Origin: Gemmatimonadota bacterium
Lineage (GTDB): Bacteria > Gemmatimonadota > Gemmatimonadetes > Longimicrobiales > Gaopeijiaceae
Length of the DNA: 64,000 nt
Reading direction: 5' to 3'
Assembly (NCBI GenBank): GCA_034521595.1
Contig: JAXHMG010000003.1
Coordinates: 1,120,001 to 1,184,000 of the forward strand
Shown here in pieces: positions 47,970-57,910 of this stretch (the first letter of the stretch is position 1; each line of letters opens with the position of its first letter). The notes beneath the pieces were generated by a model. It did not search any database, was not told the origin of the DNA, and was given only the letters and a program-made list of their open reading frames with translations. The translations under genes and the position numbers were made by a program.

Positions 47970-47998
47970 TTGATCGACGCGGAAGCCCCTGGTAGCTT
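47970..47998 (+). promoter_or_regulatory. Candidate sigma70 promoter for sucCD
   Basis: TTGATC-N17-TAGCTT with TGn extension. Confidence 0.6.
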
Positions 47999-48076
47999 CT
48001 ACCGACTTTTTCCCGGTTCGGCCGGCCCGCCACGGGTCCTCCGGGCCACCTCTTCGATCCAGGTATCCGAGAGCGT

Positions 48077-49213
48077 ATGAACATCCACGAGTATCAGGCG
48101 AAGGAGCTCTTCAGGGCGGCCGGCATTCCGGTACCTCCGGGCGAGATCGCCACGTCTCCCGCGGACGCCGAAACCATCGCGAAGAAGTATGGTGGGATGG
48201 TCGTCGTCAAAGGCCAGGTCCACTCCGGTGGGCGCGGCAAGGCCGGCGGAGTGAAGTTGGCCAAGACCGCGGCGGAGGCTCGCGAGCACGCCGAGAATAT
48301 TCTCGGGATGGAGATCAACGGCCTCACCGTCGAGAAGGTCCTCGTCACGCCCGCAGAAGACATCGACACCGAAGCGTACCTCGGCGTCCTTGTCGATCGT
48401 AAGGCGCAGGCCGCGACGTTCATGGTATCCGCGGAAGGCGGCGTCGACATCGAAGAGGTGGCGCATACGAATCCCGACGCGATCCGGACGTTCCCCATCG
48501 ACCCGCGCTACGGGATCCTGCCGCACCAGGCGCTCTGGCTGGCCAATACCCTGTACGACGACCCGAGCCTGATGAAACAGGCCAGCAAGATCGTCTCCCA
48601 GCTCTACGACGCGTTCGTCGACTCCGGTGCTTCCCTGGCGGAGATCAATCCGCTCATCACGACGCCCGCCGGAGAGGTCAAGGCAATCGATGCGAAGGTC
48701 AGCATCGACGAGAACGAGCTCTTCCGCCGCCCCGAGGTCGCGGAGATGCGGGATACCTCGGCGGAGCCGCCCTCGGAAACCAAGGCGCGAGATTCCGGAC
48801 TTTCCTACGTGAAGCTGGACGGCAACGTCGGTTGCTGCGTGAACGGCGCCGGCCTCGCCATGGCGACGATGGATCTGGTGAAGTATTACGGCGGGGAACC
48901 GGCCAACTTCCTCGATATCGGAGGATCGTCGAATCCGGACAAGGTCGTGGCGGCGCTCGAGATCATCACTTCCGATCCGAGCGTGAAAGCCATCCTCTTC
49001 AACATCTTCGGTGGCATCACCCGGTGCGACGACGTCGCGAACGGAATCGTCGAAGCCACGAAGCGGATCGACATCGACATCCCGATCGTGATCCGGCTGA
49101 CGGGCACGAACGAAGAACTCGCACTCAAGATCCTCGCCGACGCCGGCTTCTCCGCGTTCACGTCCATGGACGCGGTCGTCGAGAAGGCGGTCGAGCTGGC
49201 AGGGGAGGCGTAA
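48077..49213 (+). CDS. sucC: Succinyl-CoA ligase beta subunit
   Basis: MNIHEYQAK, GGRGKAGG, EINPL, VNGAGLAMATMD, NIFGGITRCD. Confidence 0.97.
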   Translation: MNIHEYQAKELFRAAGIPVPPGEIATSPADAETIAKKYGGMVVVKGQVHSGGRGKAGGVKLAKTAAEAREHAENILGMEINGLTVEKVLVTPAEDIDTEAYLGVLVDRKAQAATFMVSAEGGVDIEEVAHTNPDAIRTFPIDPRYGILPHQALWLANTLYDDPSLMKQASKIVSQLYDAFVDSGASLAEINPLITTPAGEVKAIDAKVSIDENELFRRPEVAEMRDTSAEPPSETKARDSGLSYVKLDGNVGCCVNGAGLAMATMDLVKYYGGEPANFLDIGGSSNPDKVVAALEIITSDPSVKAILFNIFGGITRCDDVANGIVEATKRIDIDIPIVIRLTGTNEELALKILADAGFSAFTSMDAVVEKAVELAGEA

Positions 49214-49216
49214 CCC

Positions 49217-50101
49217 ATGTCCATTTTCATCGACTCCGATACCAAGCTCATCGTCCAGGGCATCACGGGGCGGGACGGATCGTTCCATACGACTCAGATG
49301 CTCGAGTACGGGACGCAGGTCGTGGCCGGCGTCACGCCCGGTAAAGGCGGCCAGAGCTTCGACGGGCCGAACGGCCGGCACGTTCCGATCTTCGACTGCA
49401 TGGACGAAGCAGTGGAAGCGACCGGCGCGAACACCTCGGTCATCTACGTGCCCCCGGCGTTCGCGGCCAGCGCCGTCATGGAGGCCGTGGACAGCGGCGT
49501 GGACCTCGTCGTGGCGATCACGGAAGGCGTCCCGGTGCTCGACATGGCCCGGGCGCACGCGTTCGCGCGTGACCGTGGCGTGCGCATCCTCGGGCCCAAC
49601 TGCCCCGGCGTGATCTCGCCGGGCCGCTCCAAGGTCGGAATCCTGCCGGGGCAGATCGTGACGGAAGGCCCGGTCGGTGTGGTGTCGCGCTCCGGAACGC
49701 TGACCTACGAGGCCGTGTTTCAACTCACGGAGGTGGGCCTCGGCCAAACGTCCTGCGTAGGAATCGGTGGGGACCCGCTGATCGGGACGACATTCATCGA
49801 CTGCCTCGAAGCCTTCGAAGCCGATCCGGAAACGCAGGCGATCGTCATGATCGGCGAGATCGGGGGCACGGACGAGCAGGATGCCGCCGAGTACGTGAGC
49901 GAGCATCTTTCCAAGCCCGTCGTGGGCTTCATCGCGGGACAGACGGCACCTCCCGGACGCACGATGGGGCATGCCGGAGCGATCGTCAGCGGTGCGGCCG
50001 GCACGGCCGAGGAAAAGATGAAGGCCTTCGAAGACAACGGGATCGAGGTTGCCAAACGTCCGAAGGACATCGTCGGGCTGATACAGAAGGGGTTGGCCTG
50101 A
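49217..50101 (+). CDS. sucD: Succinyl-CoA ligase alpha subunit
   Basis: [28 protein letters not shown]. Confidence 0.97.
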   Translation: MSIFIDSDTKLIVQGITGRDGSFHTTQMLEYGTQVVAGVTPGKGGQSFDGPNGRHVPIFDCMDEAVEATGANTSVIYVPPAFAASAVMEAVDSGVDLVVAITEGVPVLDMARAHAFARDRGVRILGPNCPGVISPGRSKVGILPGQIVTEGPVGVVSRSGTLTYEAVFQLTEVGLGQTSCVGIGGDPLIGTTFIDCLEAFEADPETQAIVMIGEIGGTDEQDAAEYVSEHLSKPVVGFIAGQTAPPGRTMGHAGAIVSGAAGTAEEKMKAFEDNGIEVAKRPKDIVGLIQKGLA

Positions 50102-50121
50102 CACAGCATTCCCATCAGGGA

Positions 50122-50156
50122 CCGGTGCTGTCGGACCGCGGGTCCGGCAGCACCGG
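50122..50156. other. 16-bp stem hairpin directly before the CBS gene ATG
   Basis: CCGGTGCTGTCGGACC-GCG-GGTCCGGCAGCACCGG (one G-U pair), no U-tract. Confidence 0.8.
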
Positions 50157-50627
50157 ATGACAGCTATGGATGAAGAACTTCGCGTCGAGCACGCACTCTC
50201 GGCGATACGGTACCGGATCTATCCGGACACGCCGTTCGACGAAGTGCTCGACCTCATGATTCGTCGCCAGCTGCACGCAATTCCGGTTGTCGGTGAGGAC
50301 TACGAAGTCCTTGGCATCATCACCACCGGGGACGTGTTGCACACGCTTCTGAAGAGAAGGGGTAAGCGCGGGACCGAGAACGCGACCGCCGAGCCCGGAA
50401 CGCTGGCCGCGCGCGACGTAATGACGAGGACCGTCCTCTGCGTCGCCGAGGAGCAACTCCTGACGGAAGCGGCCCAGATGATGGCGAATCGCGACGTGGA
50501 GCAGCTTCCGGTCGTGCGAGACGGGACCCTCGTCGGCTTCCTCACGAGAGACTCACTCCTCGAGTCGCTCTGGGGAAAGCCCAAGGAAGCCGACGCCGAC
50601 AAGCCACGAGTTGAAGGAGAACAATGA
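50157..50627 (+). CDS. Stand-alone tandem CBS domain protein
   Basis: AIPVV...GIITTGD and QLPVV...GFLTRD; start may be ATG 50166. Confidence 0.88.
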   Translation: MTAMDEELRVEHALSAIRYRIYPDTPFDEVLDLMIRRQLHAIPVVGEDYEVLGIITTGDVLHTLLKRRGKRGTENATAEPGTLAARDVMTRTVLCVAEEQLLTEAAQMMANRDVEQLPVVRDGTLVGFLTRDSLLESLWGKPKEADADKPRVEGEQ

Positions 50628-51073
50628 GTCAGACGCTTGCGATCATCAAACCGGACGCCGTTTCTTCGGGTAAGGCCGGGAAGATCCTGGCACATCTCGA
50701 GGGCGCCGGATTCTCCGTACGAGCCATGAGGTTGGGCCGGCTCGATCGGGACCAAGCACGCGCGTTCTACGCGGTTCACGAAGGTCGTCCGTTCTACGAC
50801 GAGTTGGTCGAGTTCATGACGTCGGGCCCCGTCATTCCGGTGGTGCTCGAAGCTGAAGATGCCGTGCCGAAGCTCCGGGAAACCATCGGTGCCACCGATC
50901 CGGCCGAGGCGGCTCCGGGAACTGTTCGCGAGCTCTACGCGGAGTCGAAAGGGCGTAATGCGATTCACGCCTCGGACTCGACGGAGAACGCACGAAAGGA
51001 GATCGGATTCTTTTTCTCGGATGCCGAGCGGATCGCATTGGCCAACGCCAGTGAGAGCCACGCGGGGAGGTAG
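50624..51073 (+). CDS. ndk: Nucleoside diphosphate kinase
   Basis: IIKPDAV, FMTSGP, GATDP, NAIHASDS. Confidence 0.97.
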   Translation: MSQTLAIIKPDAVSSGKAGKILAHLEGAGFSVRAMRLGRLDRDQARAFYAVHEGRPFYDELVEFMTSGPVIPVVLEAEDAVPKLRETIGATDPAEAAPGTVRELYAESKGRNAIHASDSTENARKEIGFFFSDAERIALANASESHAGR

Positions 51074-51106
51074 ACATTTGCACTGCACGAGCTAGTTTTC
51101 AGGACT

Positions 51107-51625
51107 ATGCTTGAGGTTTCACTGGGTCGGCTGAAGCGGGAAGGCACGGTCGCGATCGATGCCCACATCCCACCGGACGACCCCATGTGGGTGGGCATGT
51201 CGCCACCGTGGGCCTCGTCCGTGCATGCCAACTTCCAGGTAACCGTGGCAGGCAGCGGAGAGATTTTCGCTCGTGGACACGTCCATGGGGAGTTGGCGCA
51301 GGAGTGCCGTCGCTGTCTCGAACCTTTGGAGCATACGTTCGATGAAGATCTCACCCTGGTCTTCGTCGACGAGCACGAATTCGAGGAGGAGGAAGAAGAG
51401 CGGGGCGAAGCCCACGTGATTCAGCCGACCGACTCGGAGTTGGATCTGAGTGGCGCGGTCCGCGAGGAAGTTTTTCTCGCGGTCGAGCCTTACGTCGTTT
51501 GTGATCCGGGGTGTCAAGGCTTATGCCCGGGGTGCGGCGCCGACCTCAACGAAGGTGCCTGCACCTGCTCGGGCCGGGAGCTGGACCCACGATGGGAGCC
51601 ACTTCGGAAGCTCAAGGAGAAGTGA
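51107..51625 (+). CDS. yceD: DUF177/YceD family protein
   Basis: CRRCL, CQGLCPGCG, DPRW; directly upstream of rpmF. Confidence 0.92.
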   Translation: MLEVSLGRLKREGTVAIDAHIPPDDPMWVGMSPPWASSVHANFQVTVAGSGEIFARGHVHGELAQECRRCLEPLEHTFDEDLTLVFVDEHEFEEEEEERGEAHVIQPTDSELDLSGAVREEVFLAVEPYVVCDPGCQGLCPGCGADLNEGACTCSGRELDPRWEPLRKLKEK

Positions 51626-51634
51626 ACACAAGTT

Positions 51635-51817
51635 ATGGCCGTTCCCAAGAAGCGCACGTCCAAGCAGCGGAAGCGGAAGCGTCGTACGCACTACAAGGCG
51701 AAGGCAGTCGCAATCCATACATGCCCGCAGTGCTCCGACCCGAAGCTCCCGCATCGAGTCTGTCCGAGTTGCGGACACTACCGCGATACGGCCGTCCTCG
51801 ACGTCGAGATCGACTGA
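51635..51817 (+). CDS. rpmF: 50S ribosomal protein L32 (zinc-binding type)
   Basis: MAVPKKRTSK, CPQC, HRVCPSCG. Confidence 0.97.
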   Translation: MAVPKKRTSKQRKRKRRTHYKAKAVAIHTCPQCSDPKLPHRVCPSCGHYRDTAVLDVEID

Positions 51818-51963
51818 GCAACGACGCATCCAGCCGTGACGAGGGGTGACCCGGCGCGCCCGGACCCGAGGGCGGCTACCACTCGGCCGCGAGCCATTCG
51901 ACCCTCGGCGCCGGACGTTGGAACGGCGCCACCCGTCCGTACTCGCTAAACCGGAACCGACCC

Positions 51964-52968
51964 GTGCGAATCGCACTCGACGCAATGGGGACCGACGACG
52001 CTCCTCGAGCGGAGGTTGCCGGAGCCCTCGAAGCACTGCGGACCTCCGAGGGTGACGTAGAGATCGTCCTCGTCGGGGATCAAGCCGTGATCGAGGAGGA
52101 GCTCAGCCGCCACGGTCGGCGGCCGTCGCGTCTACACATCCGTCACGCACCGGACCGCGTGACCACGACGGATCCGGCGGCATCAGTGCTTCGTAAGAAG
52201 CCCGACTCCTCGATCGCCGTGGGTCTTAGGCTCCAGGACGAAGGAGAAGCCGACGCCTTCGTCAGCGCCGGGTCGACCGGCGCGGTCATGGCGGCCTCGC
52301 TCTTCATCTTGCGACCGCTACCCGGGGTAGCACGCCCGGCCATCGGGACCATCCTGCCGACATCGGACGCTCCCTGCCTCTTGTTGGACGCCGGTGCGAA
52401 CGTGGACTGCAAGCCCCAGCACCTCGTTCAATTCGCCCACCTGGGCCATACGTACGTTCAGGACCTGATGGGCCGGGAGAAGCCTCGCATCGGTTTGCTG
52501 AACATCGGCGAGGAACCGGGAAAAGGGGACGAGCTGACGGTGGAGACGCACCGCCTCCTCAGCGAGGGGTCAGGCCTGAACTTCGTCGGAAACGTCGAAG
52601 GTCGTGACATCATTCGGGGAGTCTCCGACGTCGTTGTCTGTGACGGATTCGTCGGGAACGTGCTCCTCAAGTTCTACGAGTCGGTTGCCGCGTTCATCGT
52701 CGGGCTGCTCAAGGACGAGATCGCAGTGCTGGGCGAGGCGGGGCGAGACCTCGAGCACGTGTTCCGTGTGCTCGACTACGCGGAATACGGCGGTGCACCG
52801 TTGCTGGGCGTGGGCGGAGTGTCGATCATCTGTCACGGTGGTTCGCCACCGAAGGCGATACGGAACGCTTTGGCGGTGGCGGCACGGGCCGTCCGTTCCG
52901 AGATGGTGCGACACACTGCCCACAACCTCTCCGTGGCCGACGAGGGCGGGGAAGGAGTAGCCCCATGA
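51964..52968 (+). CDS. plsX: Phosphate acyltransferase PlsX
   Basis: IALDAMG, SAGSTGA, DAGANVD, NIGEEPGKG, DGFVGN. Confidence 0.96.
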   Translation: MRIALDAMGTDDAPRAEVAGALEALRTSEGDVEIVLVGDQAVIEEELSRHGRRPSRLHIRHAPDRVTTTDPAASVLRKKPDSSIAVGLRLQDEGEADAFVSAGSTGAVMAASLFILRPLPGVARPAIGTILPTSDAPCLLLDAGANVDCKPQHLVQFAHLGHTYVQDLMGREKPRIGLLNIGEEPGKGDELTVETHRLLSEGSGLNFVGNVEGRDIIRGVSDVVVCDGFVGNVLLKFYESVAAFIVGLLKDEIAVLGEAGRDLEHVFRVLDYAEYGGAPLLGVGGVSIICHGGSPPKAIRNALAVAARAVRSEMVRHTAHNLSVADEGGEGVAP

Positions 52969-53957
52969 AGAAGCCCAGCCCGCTGGTCGAGATCTCCGGC
53001 ACGGGTCGGTTCCTCCCGGACCACGTCGTCACCAACGACGAGCTCGCGCGGACGCTGGACACTTCGGACGAATGGATTCGAACCAGGACGGGCATCCGCG
53101 AGCGGCGTGTCGCACCTCGTGAGATGACCGCCGCGGAGATGGGCTCGATATCGGCGCGCAAAGCCATGGAAGAGGCCGGTGTCGAGCCGGGTGAGGTCGA
53201 CATCTTGATCGTCTCCACCGCCACACCCGACCGTCTGCTCCCCTCCACGGCCTGCGACGTGCAGGCCATCCTGGGGTGCTCGAATGCCGTCGCTTTCGAC
53301 CTGAGCGCCGCGTGCACGGGCTTTCTATACGGCCTCAGCATGTCGGAAGGCTACCTCACCGCGGGACGGGGTGACGTCGCCCTGGTCGTATCGACCGAGA
53401 AGATGAGCGCCATCCTTGACTGGGAGGATCGATCCACGGCCGTGCTCTTCGGAGATGGCTCGGCGTCCGCCGTGCTACGACGCAGCGATGGGAGGCGAGG
53501 CATCCTTTCGAGTCACCTCCGCTCCGACGGTAACCTCGCGGAACTTCTCTATCGGCCGGCCGGCGGAGCCATGGAGCCGATGTCCGAGGAGGTGGTCGCA
53601 GGCCGCCGTCACCTGATGCGCATGGAAGGCCGGGAGATCTTCAAGAACGCCGTTCGCTCGATGGCCGAAGGGTGTGACGCCGCGCTCCAACAGGCGGGCC
53701 TGACCTCCGATGACATCGCGCTGCTCGTGCCACACCAGGCCAATATCCGGATCATCCAATCGACGGCAAAGTATGCCGGAATCCCGATGGAGCGCGTCTA
53801 CCTCAACGTCGACCGGTACGGCAACATGAGCTCGGCATCGCTCCCCGTGGCGCTCGACGAGGCTCGGGAAGAGGGTCGCATCCAGGAAGGCGACTATGTG
53901 CTCGCGGTCGCGTTCGGAGCCGGTCTGACCTGGGGTGCGTTGACCATGCGCTGGTGA
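52965..53957 (+). CDS. fabH: Beta-ketoacyl-ACP synthase III
   Basis: AACTGF, FGDG, PHQANIRII, GNMSSAS. Confidence 0.96.
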   Translation: MKKPSPLVEISGTGRFLPDHVVTNDELARTLDTSDEWIRTRTGIRERRVAPREMTAAEMGSISARKAMEEAGVEPGEVDILIVSTATPDRLLPSTACDVQAILGCSNAVAFDLSAACTGFLYGLSMSEGYLTAGRGDVALVVSTEKMSAILDWEDRSTAVLFGDGSASAVLRRSDGRRGILSSHLRSDGNLAELLYRPAGGAMEPMSEEVVAGRRHLMRMEGREIFKNAVRSMAEGCDAALQQAGLTSDDIALLVPHQANIRIIQSTAKYAGIPMERVYLNVDRYGNMSSASLPVALDEAREEGRIQEGDYVLAVAFGAGLTWGALTMRW

Positions 53958-54016
53958 CCCGGCTCCTCTTCTGAATCCCTTCGCACTCGTCTCCCGCCTC
54001 TCATGCCACATTCGTT

Positions 54017-54940
54017 ATGTCCCTAGCGCTCATCTTCCCCGGACAGGGATCCCAGACCGTCGGCATGGCCCGCGCGCTCGTTGAAGCCGAGCCGCTCGCA
54101 GCCGACGTCCTGAGAGAAGCCGACGAGATCCTGGGGGTCGAGCTCTCCGCCCTGATGGCGCATGGACCGGAGGACGAGCTCACCGCGACGAAGAACGCGC
54201 AGCCCGCGCTCCTCGCACACTCGGTGGCCGTGCTACGGGTCGTTCGCGACCGACTGGGGACCGTCTCGGCCGCGGCAGGACACTCGCTCGGAGAGTTCAG
54301 CGCTCACGTGGCCGCGGGAACGCTCGAGTTCGAAGATGCGCTCCGGGCCGTTCGGCTCCGGGGCGAGTTGATGCACGACGCGGGGCTCGAGCGTCCGGGG
54401 ACGATGGCCGCCGTGCTGGGGCTCGACGACGCCACCATCACGGAAGTCTGTGATCGGGTGGACGCCGGCGTGTGCGTCCCGGCCAATTTCAACGCACCCG
54501 GTCAGGTCGTCGTCAGCGGGGACGTCGCGGGAGTGCACCAGCTCGCAGAGATCGCCCCGGAGGCGGGAGCGAAGAAGGTGGTGGTGCTCAACGTCTCGGG
54601 CGCATTCCACTCACCTCTCATGGAGCCCGCCGCCGCCGGATTACGGGCCCACCTCGAAGGGGTCGAGTTTCGGGACCCGGAGGTGCCCGTCGTGTCGAAC
54701 GTGACGGCGGAGCCCGTTGCATCGGGCGCGGCGGCGCGCGACATGTTGATCCGCCAGCTGACGGCACCGGTACGGTGGAGCGGATCGATCCGCACGATGA
54801 TCGAAGACGGGATCGACCGTTTCATGGAGCTGGGCCCGGGCAAAGTCCTGTCGGGCCTCAATCGTCGGAACGCCAAGGGGCTGCCGTCGGTGAGCATCGG
54901 CGAGCCCGAAGACATCGCCCGGCTGGAGGAGATGCAGTGA
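54017..54940 (+). CDS. fabD: Malonyl-CoA:ACP transacylase
   Basis: FPGQGSQ, GHSLGE, AFHS. Confidence 0.96.
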   Translation: MSLALIFPGQGSQTVGMARALVEAEPLAADVLREADEILGVELSALMAHGPEDELTATKNAQPALLAHSVAVLRVVRDRLGTVSAAAGHSLGEFSAHVAAGTLEFEDALRAVRLRGELMHDAGLERPGTMAAVLGLDDATITEVCDRVDAGVCVPANFNAPGQVVVSGDVAGVHQLAEIAPEAGAKKVVVLNVSGAFHSPLMEPAAAGLRAHLEGVEFRDPEVPVVSNVTAEPVASGAAARDMLIRQLTAPVRWSGSIRTMIEDGIDRFMELGPGKVLSGLNRRNAKGLPSVSIGEPEDIARLEEMQ

Positions 54941-55680
54941 GCGATAGGGAGCTCGAAGGGAAGGTTGCGCTCGTGACCGGAGGGTCGCGCGGCATCGGTC
55001 TCGCGATCGCGAAGGCCATGGCCGACGGGGGCGCCACGGTCGCGGTCCTCGGACGGAACGGGGAGCGGGCCCAATCAGCCGCGACCGACCTGCCGGGGGA
55101 CGGCCACGCGGGATACGCCTGTGATGTCAGCGTGTCCGACCAGGTCAAGAACACGCTGGCGCGCATCGAGGAAGATCTCGGACCCGTGGACATCTTGATC
55201 AACAACGCGGGCGTCACCCGAGACAACATCCTCCTCCGGATGAAGGACGAGGAGTTCGACGACGTCATCGCGGCCAATCTCAAGGGTCCGTTCCTCTTCA
55301 TGCGTGCGGTCGCGCGAGGAATGATGAAGCGCCGGAGCGGTGTGATCTTGAACATCACGTCCATCGTGGGGCTCACGGGCAATGCCGGTCAGGCGAACTA
55401 TGCCGCATCCAAGGCCGGCCTGGGCGCGTTGACCAAGAGCGTTGCGAAGGAGCTCGCGTCCCGGGGCATCCGCTGCAACGCACTCGCACCGGGGTTCATC
55501 CGCACGGACATGACGGACGAGCTCAGCGACACACAGGTGGAGAACCTGCGCTCGTCCATCCCGATGGGAAGCCTCGGGGAGCCCGAGGACGTCGCCGAGG
55601 TAGCGCGGTTTCTCGTAGGTCCTGGAGCGCGCTACATTACCGGCCAGATTCTGACCGTCGACGGCGGCATGGTCATGTAG
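54937..55680 (+). CDS. fabG: 3-oxoacyl-ACP reductase
   Basis: TGGSRGIG, NNAGVTRD, YAASKAG; GTGA overlap with fabD. Confidence 0.96.
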   Translation: MSDRELEGKVALVTGGSRGIGLAIAKAMADGGATVAVLGRNGERAQSAATDLPGDGHAGYACDVSVSDQVKNTLARIEEDLGPVDILINNAGVTRDNILLRMKDEEFDDVIAANLKGPFLFMRAVARGMMKRRSGVILNITSIVGLTGNAGQANYAASKAGLGALTKSVAKELASRGIRCNALAPGFIRTDMTDELSDTQVENLRSSIPMGSLGEPEDVAEVARFLVGPGARYITGQILTVDGGMVM

Positions 55681-55737
55681 GAGAGTGGTACCTTACACGA
55701 ACTGCAGCATCTTCATACTTACTTACCAGGAGGAGAC

Positions 55738-55980
55738 ATGAGTGAGCCCACCGAGGCCCGGGTCCGCGAGATCATCGTCAACGAGCTGGGTGTCGAGCCC
55801 GAGAAGGTCACCAACGACGCATCCTTTGTCGAAGACCTCGGGGCGGACTCGCTCGACACGGTCGAGCTCGTGATGGCGTTCGAGGAGGAGTTCGGGGTGG
55901 ACATTCCGGACGAAGACGCGGAGCAGATGAGGACGGTCGGACACGCGATCGACTACCTCAAGAAGAACACCGACGGCTAA
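55738..55980 (+). CDS. acpP: Acyl carrier protein
   Basis: [29 protein letters not shown] extended -10 at 55686-55694. Confidence 0.97.
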   Translation: MSEPTEARVREIIVNELGVEPEKVTNDASFVEDLGADSLDTVELVMAFEEEFGVDIPDEDAEQMRTVGHAIDYLKKNTDG

Positions 55981-56004
55981 CGCCAAGCGCCATACCTGAA
56001 CGGG

Positions 56005-57276
56005 ATGACGATGGGCAAGAGACAGGACGCGGGTCCTCGACGGGTCGTGGTCACCGGCATGGGCGTGGTCTCGCCGGTGGGCAACGATGTGCCATCGATG
56101 TGGCACAGCCTCGTGAACGGCGTGAGTGGGGGTGGCCCCGTCACACACTGGGACGCGACGGAGGACTTCGCGTGTCGGATCGCCTGCGAGGTGCACGACT
56201 TCGACCCGCTGGATTACATGGACAAGCGCGAGGCCCGGCGCCACGACCGCGTTTCACAGTTCGCGATCGCGGCGTCGGGCGAAGCTCTAGAGGCCGCAGG
56301 GCTGAGCGCCCTCCCTGAGTCGATCGACGCCACCCGGGTCGGCGTCGTTTTCGGCAGCGGCATCGGGGGCATCGCTACGTTCGAGGAGCAACACAAGAAG
56401 CTCCTCGAGCAGGGACCCAACCGGGTCAGCCCGTTCTTCATCCCGATGTTCATCCCGGACATCTCCGCCGGGCTCATCTCGATCCGGTGGGGCCTACGAG
56501 GACCGAATTACGCGACCGTGTCGGCATGCGCTTCTTCCGCCCACGCGATCGGCGACGCGGCGCGCCACATCCGCTACGGGGATGCCGACATCATGGTCGC
56601 AGGCGGTGCCGAAGCAACGATCACGCCCATGACCTTCGCCGGGTTTTCGGCGATGAAGGCGATGTCGACCCGTAACGACGAGCCCGAAACCGCCAGTCGC
56701 CCGTTTTCGGCGGACCGCGACGGCTTCGTCATGGGGGAAGGGGCGGGGGCCCTGATCCTCGAGTCGCTCGAGCACGCTCAGAAGCGTGGCGCAGAGATCC
56801 TGGGCGAAGTCGCGGGCTACGGCTTGTCCGGAGACGCGCACCACATCACCTCACCGCCTCCCGAAGGTGAGGGGGCACAGGCCGCCATGAGCATGGCGCT
56901 GACGGACTCCGGAGCGTCGGCCGACGAAGTCGATTACGTCAACGCGCACGGAACGTCGACCATGGCCGACGCGATCGAGACGCACGCCATCAAGGAGGTC
57001 CTCGGCGCCCGCGCCCGTGACATCGTGGTCGGATCGACGAAAGGCGCGACCGGGCATCTTCTCGGAGCTGCCGGGGCGCTCGAAGCGATCGCCTCGATCA
57101 TGACCTGCCGCACCGCGAAGATCCCGCCCACGATCAACTACCAGGGACCCGACCCCGCCTGTGACCTCGAGTACGCACACGGCGGAGTGATCGAACGATC
57201 GGTCGGACTCGTCCTGTCGAACTCGTTCGGTTTCGGAGGGCACAACGCATGCTTGGCGCTCCGCCGGTGGGCCTGA
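56005..57276 (+). CDS. fabF: Beta-ketoacyl-ACP synthase II
   Basis: RRVVVTGMG, SACASS, NAHGTST, TGHLLGAAG, NSFGFGG. Confidence 0.96.
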   Translation: MTMGKRQDAGPRRVVVTGMGVVSPVGNDVPSMWHSLVNGVSGGGPVTHWDATEDFACRIACEVHDFDPLDYMDKREARRHDRVSQFAIAASGEALEAAGLSALPESIDATRVGVVFGSGIGGIATFEEQHKKLLEQGPNRVSPFFIPMFIPDISAGLISIRWGLRGPNYATVSACASSAHAIGDAARHIRYGDADIMVAGGAEATITPMTFAGFSAMKAMSTRNDEPETASRPFSADRDGFVMGEGAGALILESLEHAQKRGAEILGEVAGYGLSGDAHHITSPPPEGEGAQAAMSMALTDSGASADEVDYVNAHGTSTMADAIETHAIKEVLGARARDIVVGSTKGATGHLLGAAGALEAIASIMTCRTAKIPPTINYQGPDPACDLEYAHGGVIERSVGLVLSNSFGFGGHNACLALRRWA

Positions 57277-57370
57277 TCCCGATCGGATCCGGAGATTCCG
57301 ACGCTCCGGCAGGTGGCAACCGCGGCGGAACGGGCTTCGGGGAGCATATTCTACCGGCCACCACCGCCGC

Positions 57371-57871
57371 ATGACGGTCACGAGGGTAGGTGTCGGATAC
57401 GATTCCCACCGCTTCGATCCGGACCGTCCGCTCGTCATCGGAGGCGTCACGATACCGGACGAGCCGGGACTCACGGGCCATTCGGACGGGGACGCGGTCG
57501 CGCACGCCGTGACCGACGCGATCCTTGGCGCCGGCGGAGCCGGTGACATCGGCTCGTATTTTCCGCCGGACGACGAACGGTGGAAGGACGCGGACTCCAT
57601 CGAGCTGCTGGCCCGGGCCGCGGAGGTCGTACGGGCGGGCGGATTTCAGGTTGTCAACGTGGACGTCACGGTGATCTGTGAACAGCCACGGATCGGCCCT
57701 CACTCCGCGGCGATGTGCCGACGCTTGGCTGAAGCCATGGGTGTCGTCCCGGGTGTGGTATCGGTGAAGGGCAAGACGAATGAGGGGATGGGGTGGATCG
57801 GGCGTGGCGAAGGGGTCGCCGTCCACGCGGTCGCCCTGATCGGCCGGGAGGGACCCGACCGAGGTCGGTGA
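57371..57871 (+). CDS. ispF: 2-C-methyl-D-erythritol 2,4-cyclodiphosphate synthase
   Basis: GYDSHRF, HSDGD, GDIG, KGKTNE. Confidence 0.95.
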   Translation: MTVTRVGVGYDSHRFDPDRPLVIGGVTIPDEPGLTGHSDGDAVAHAVTDAILGAGGAGDIGSYFPPDDERWKDADSIELLARAAEVVRAGGFQVVNVDVTVICEQPRIGPHSAAMCRRLAEAMGVVPGVVSVKGKTNEGMGWIGRGEGVAVHAVALIGREGPDRGR

Positions 57872-57910
57872 TTTCCACGGACGCCGTCGCATCCGGACCC
57901 GGAGCGGTCG

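Noticed and set aside
44921-50104. Long antisense ORFs (785 aa, 701 aa) and similar ones at 14864-16381, 30693-32084, 42381-43889
   Set aside because: Shadow frames of well-supported genes; expected in high-GC DNA; no motifs.
53954-53974. Bridge ORF between fabH and fabD
   Set aside because: Stops after 6 codons, 42 nt before fabD; counter-example.
55685-55741. GTG ORF ending on the acpP ATGA
   Set aside because: Start is 4 nt past the fabG stop rather than overlapping; acpP has a strong SD and a likely own promoter.
56941-56980. FabF HGTSTMAD in place of the usual HGTSTPxGD as sign of inactivation
   Set aside because: Cys-His-His triad intact and canonical fab context.
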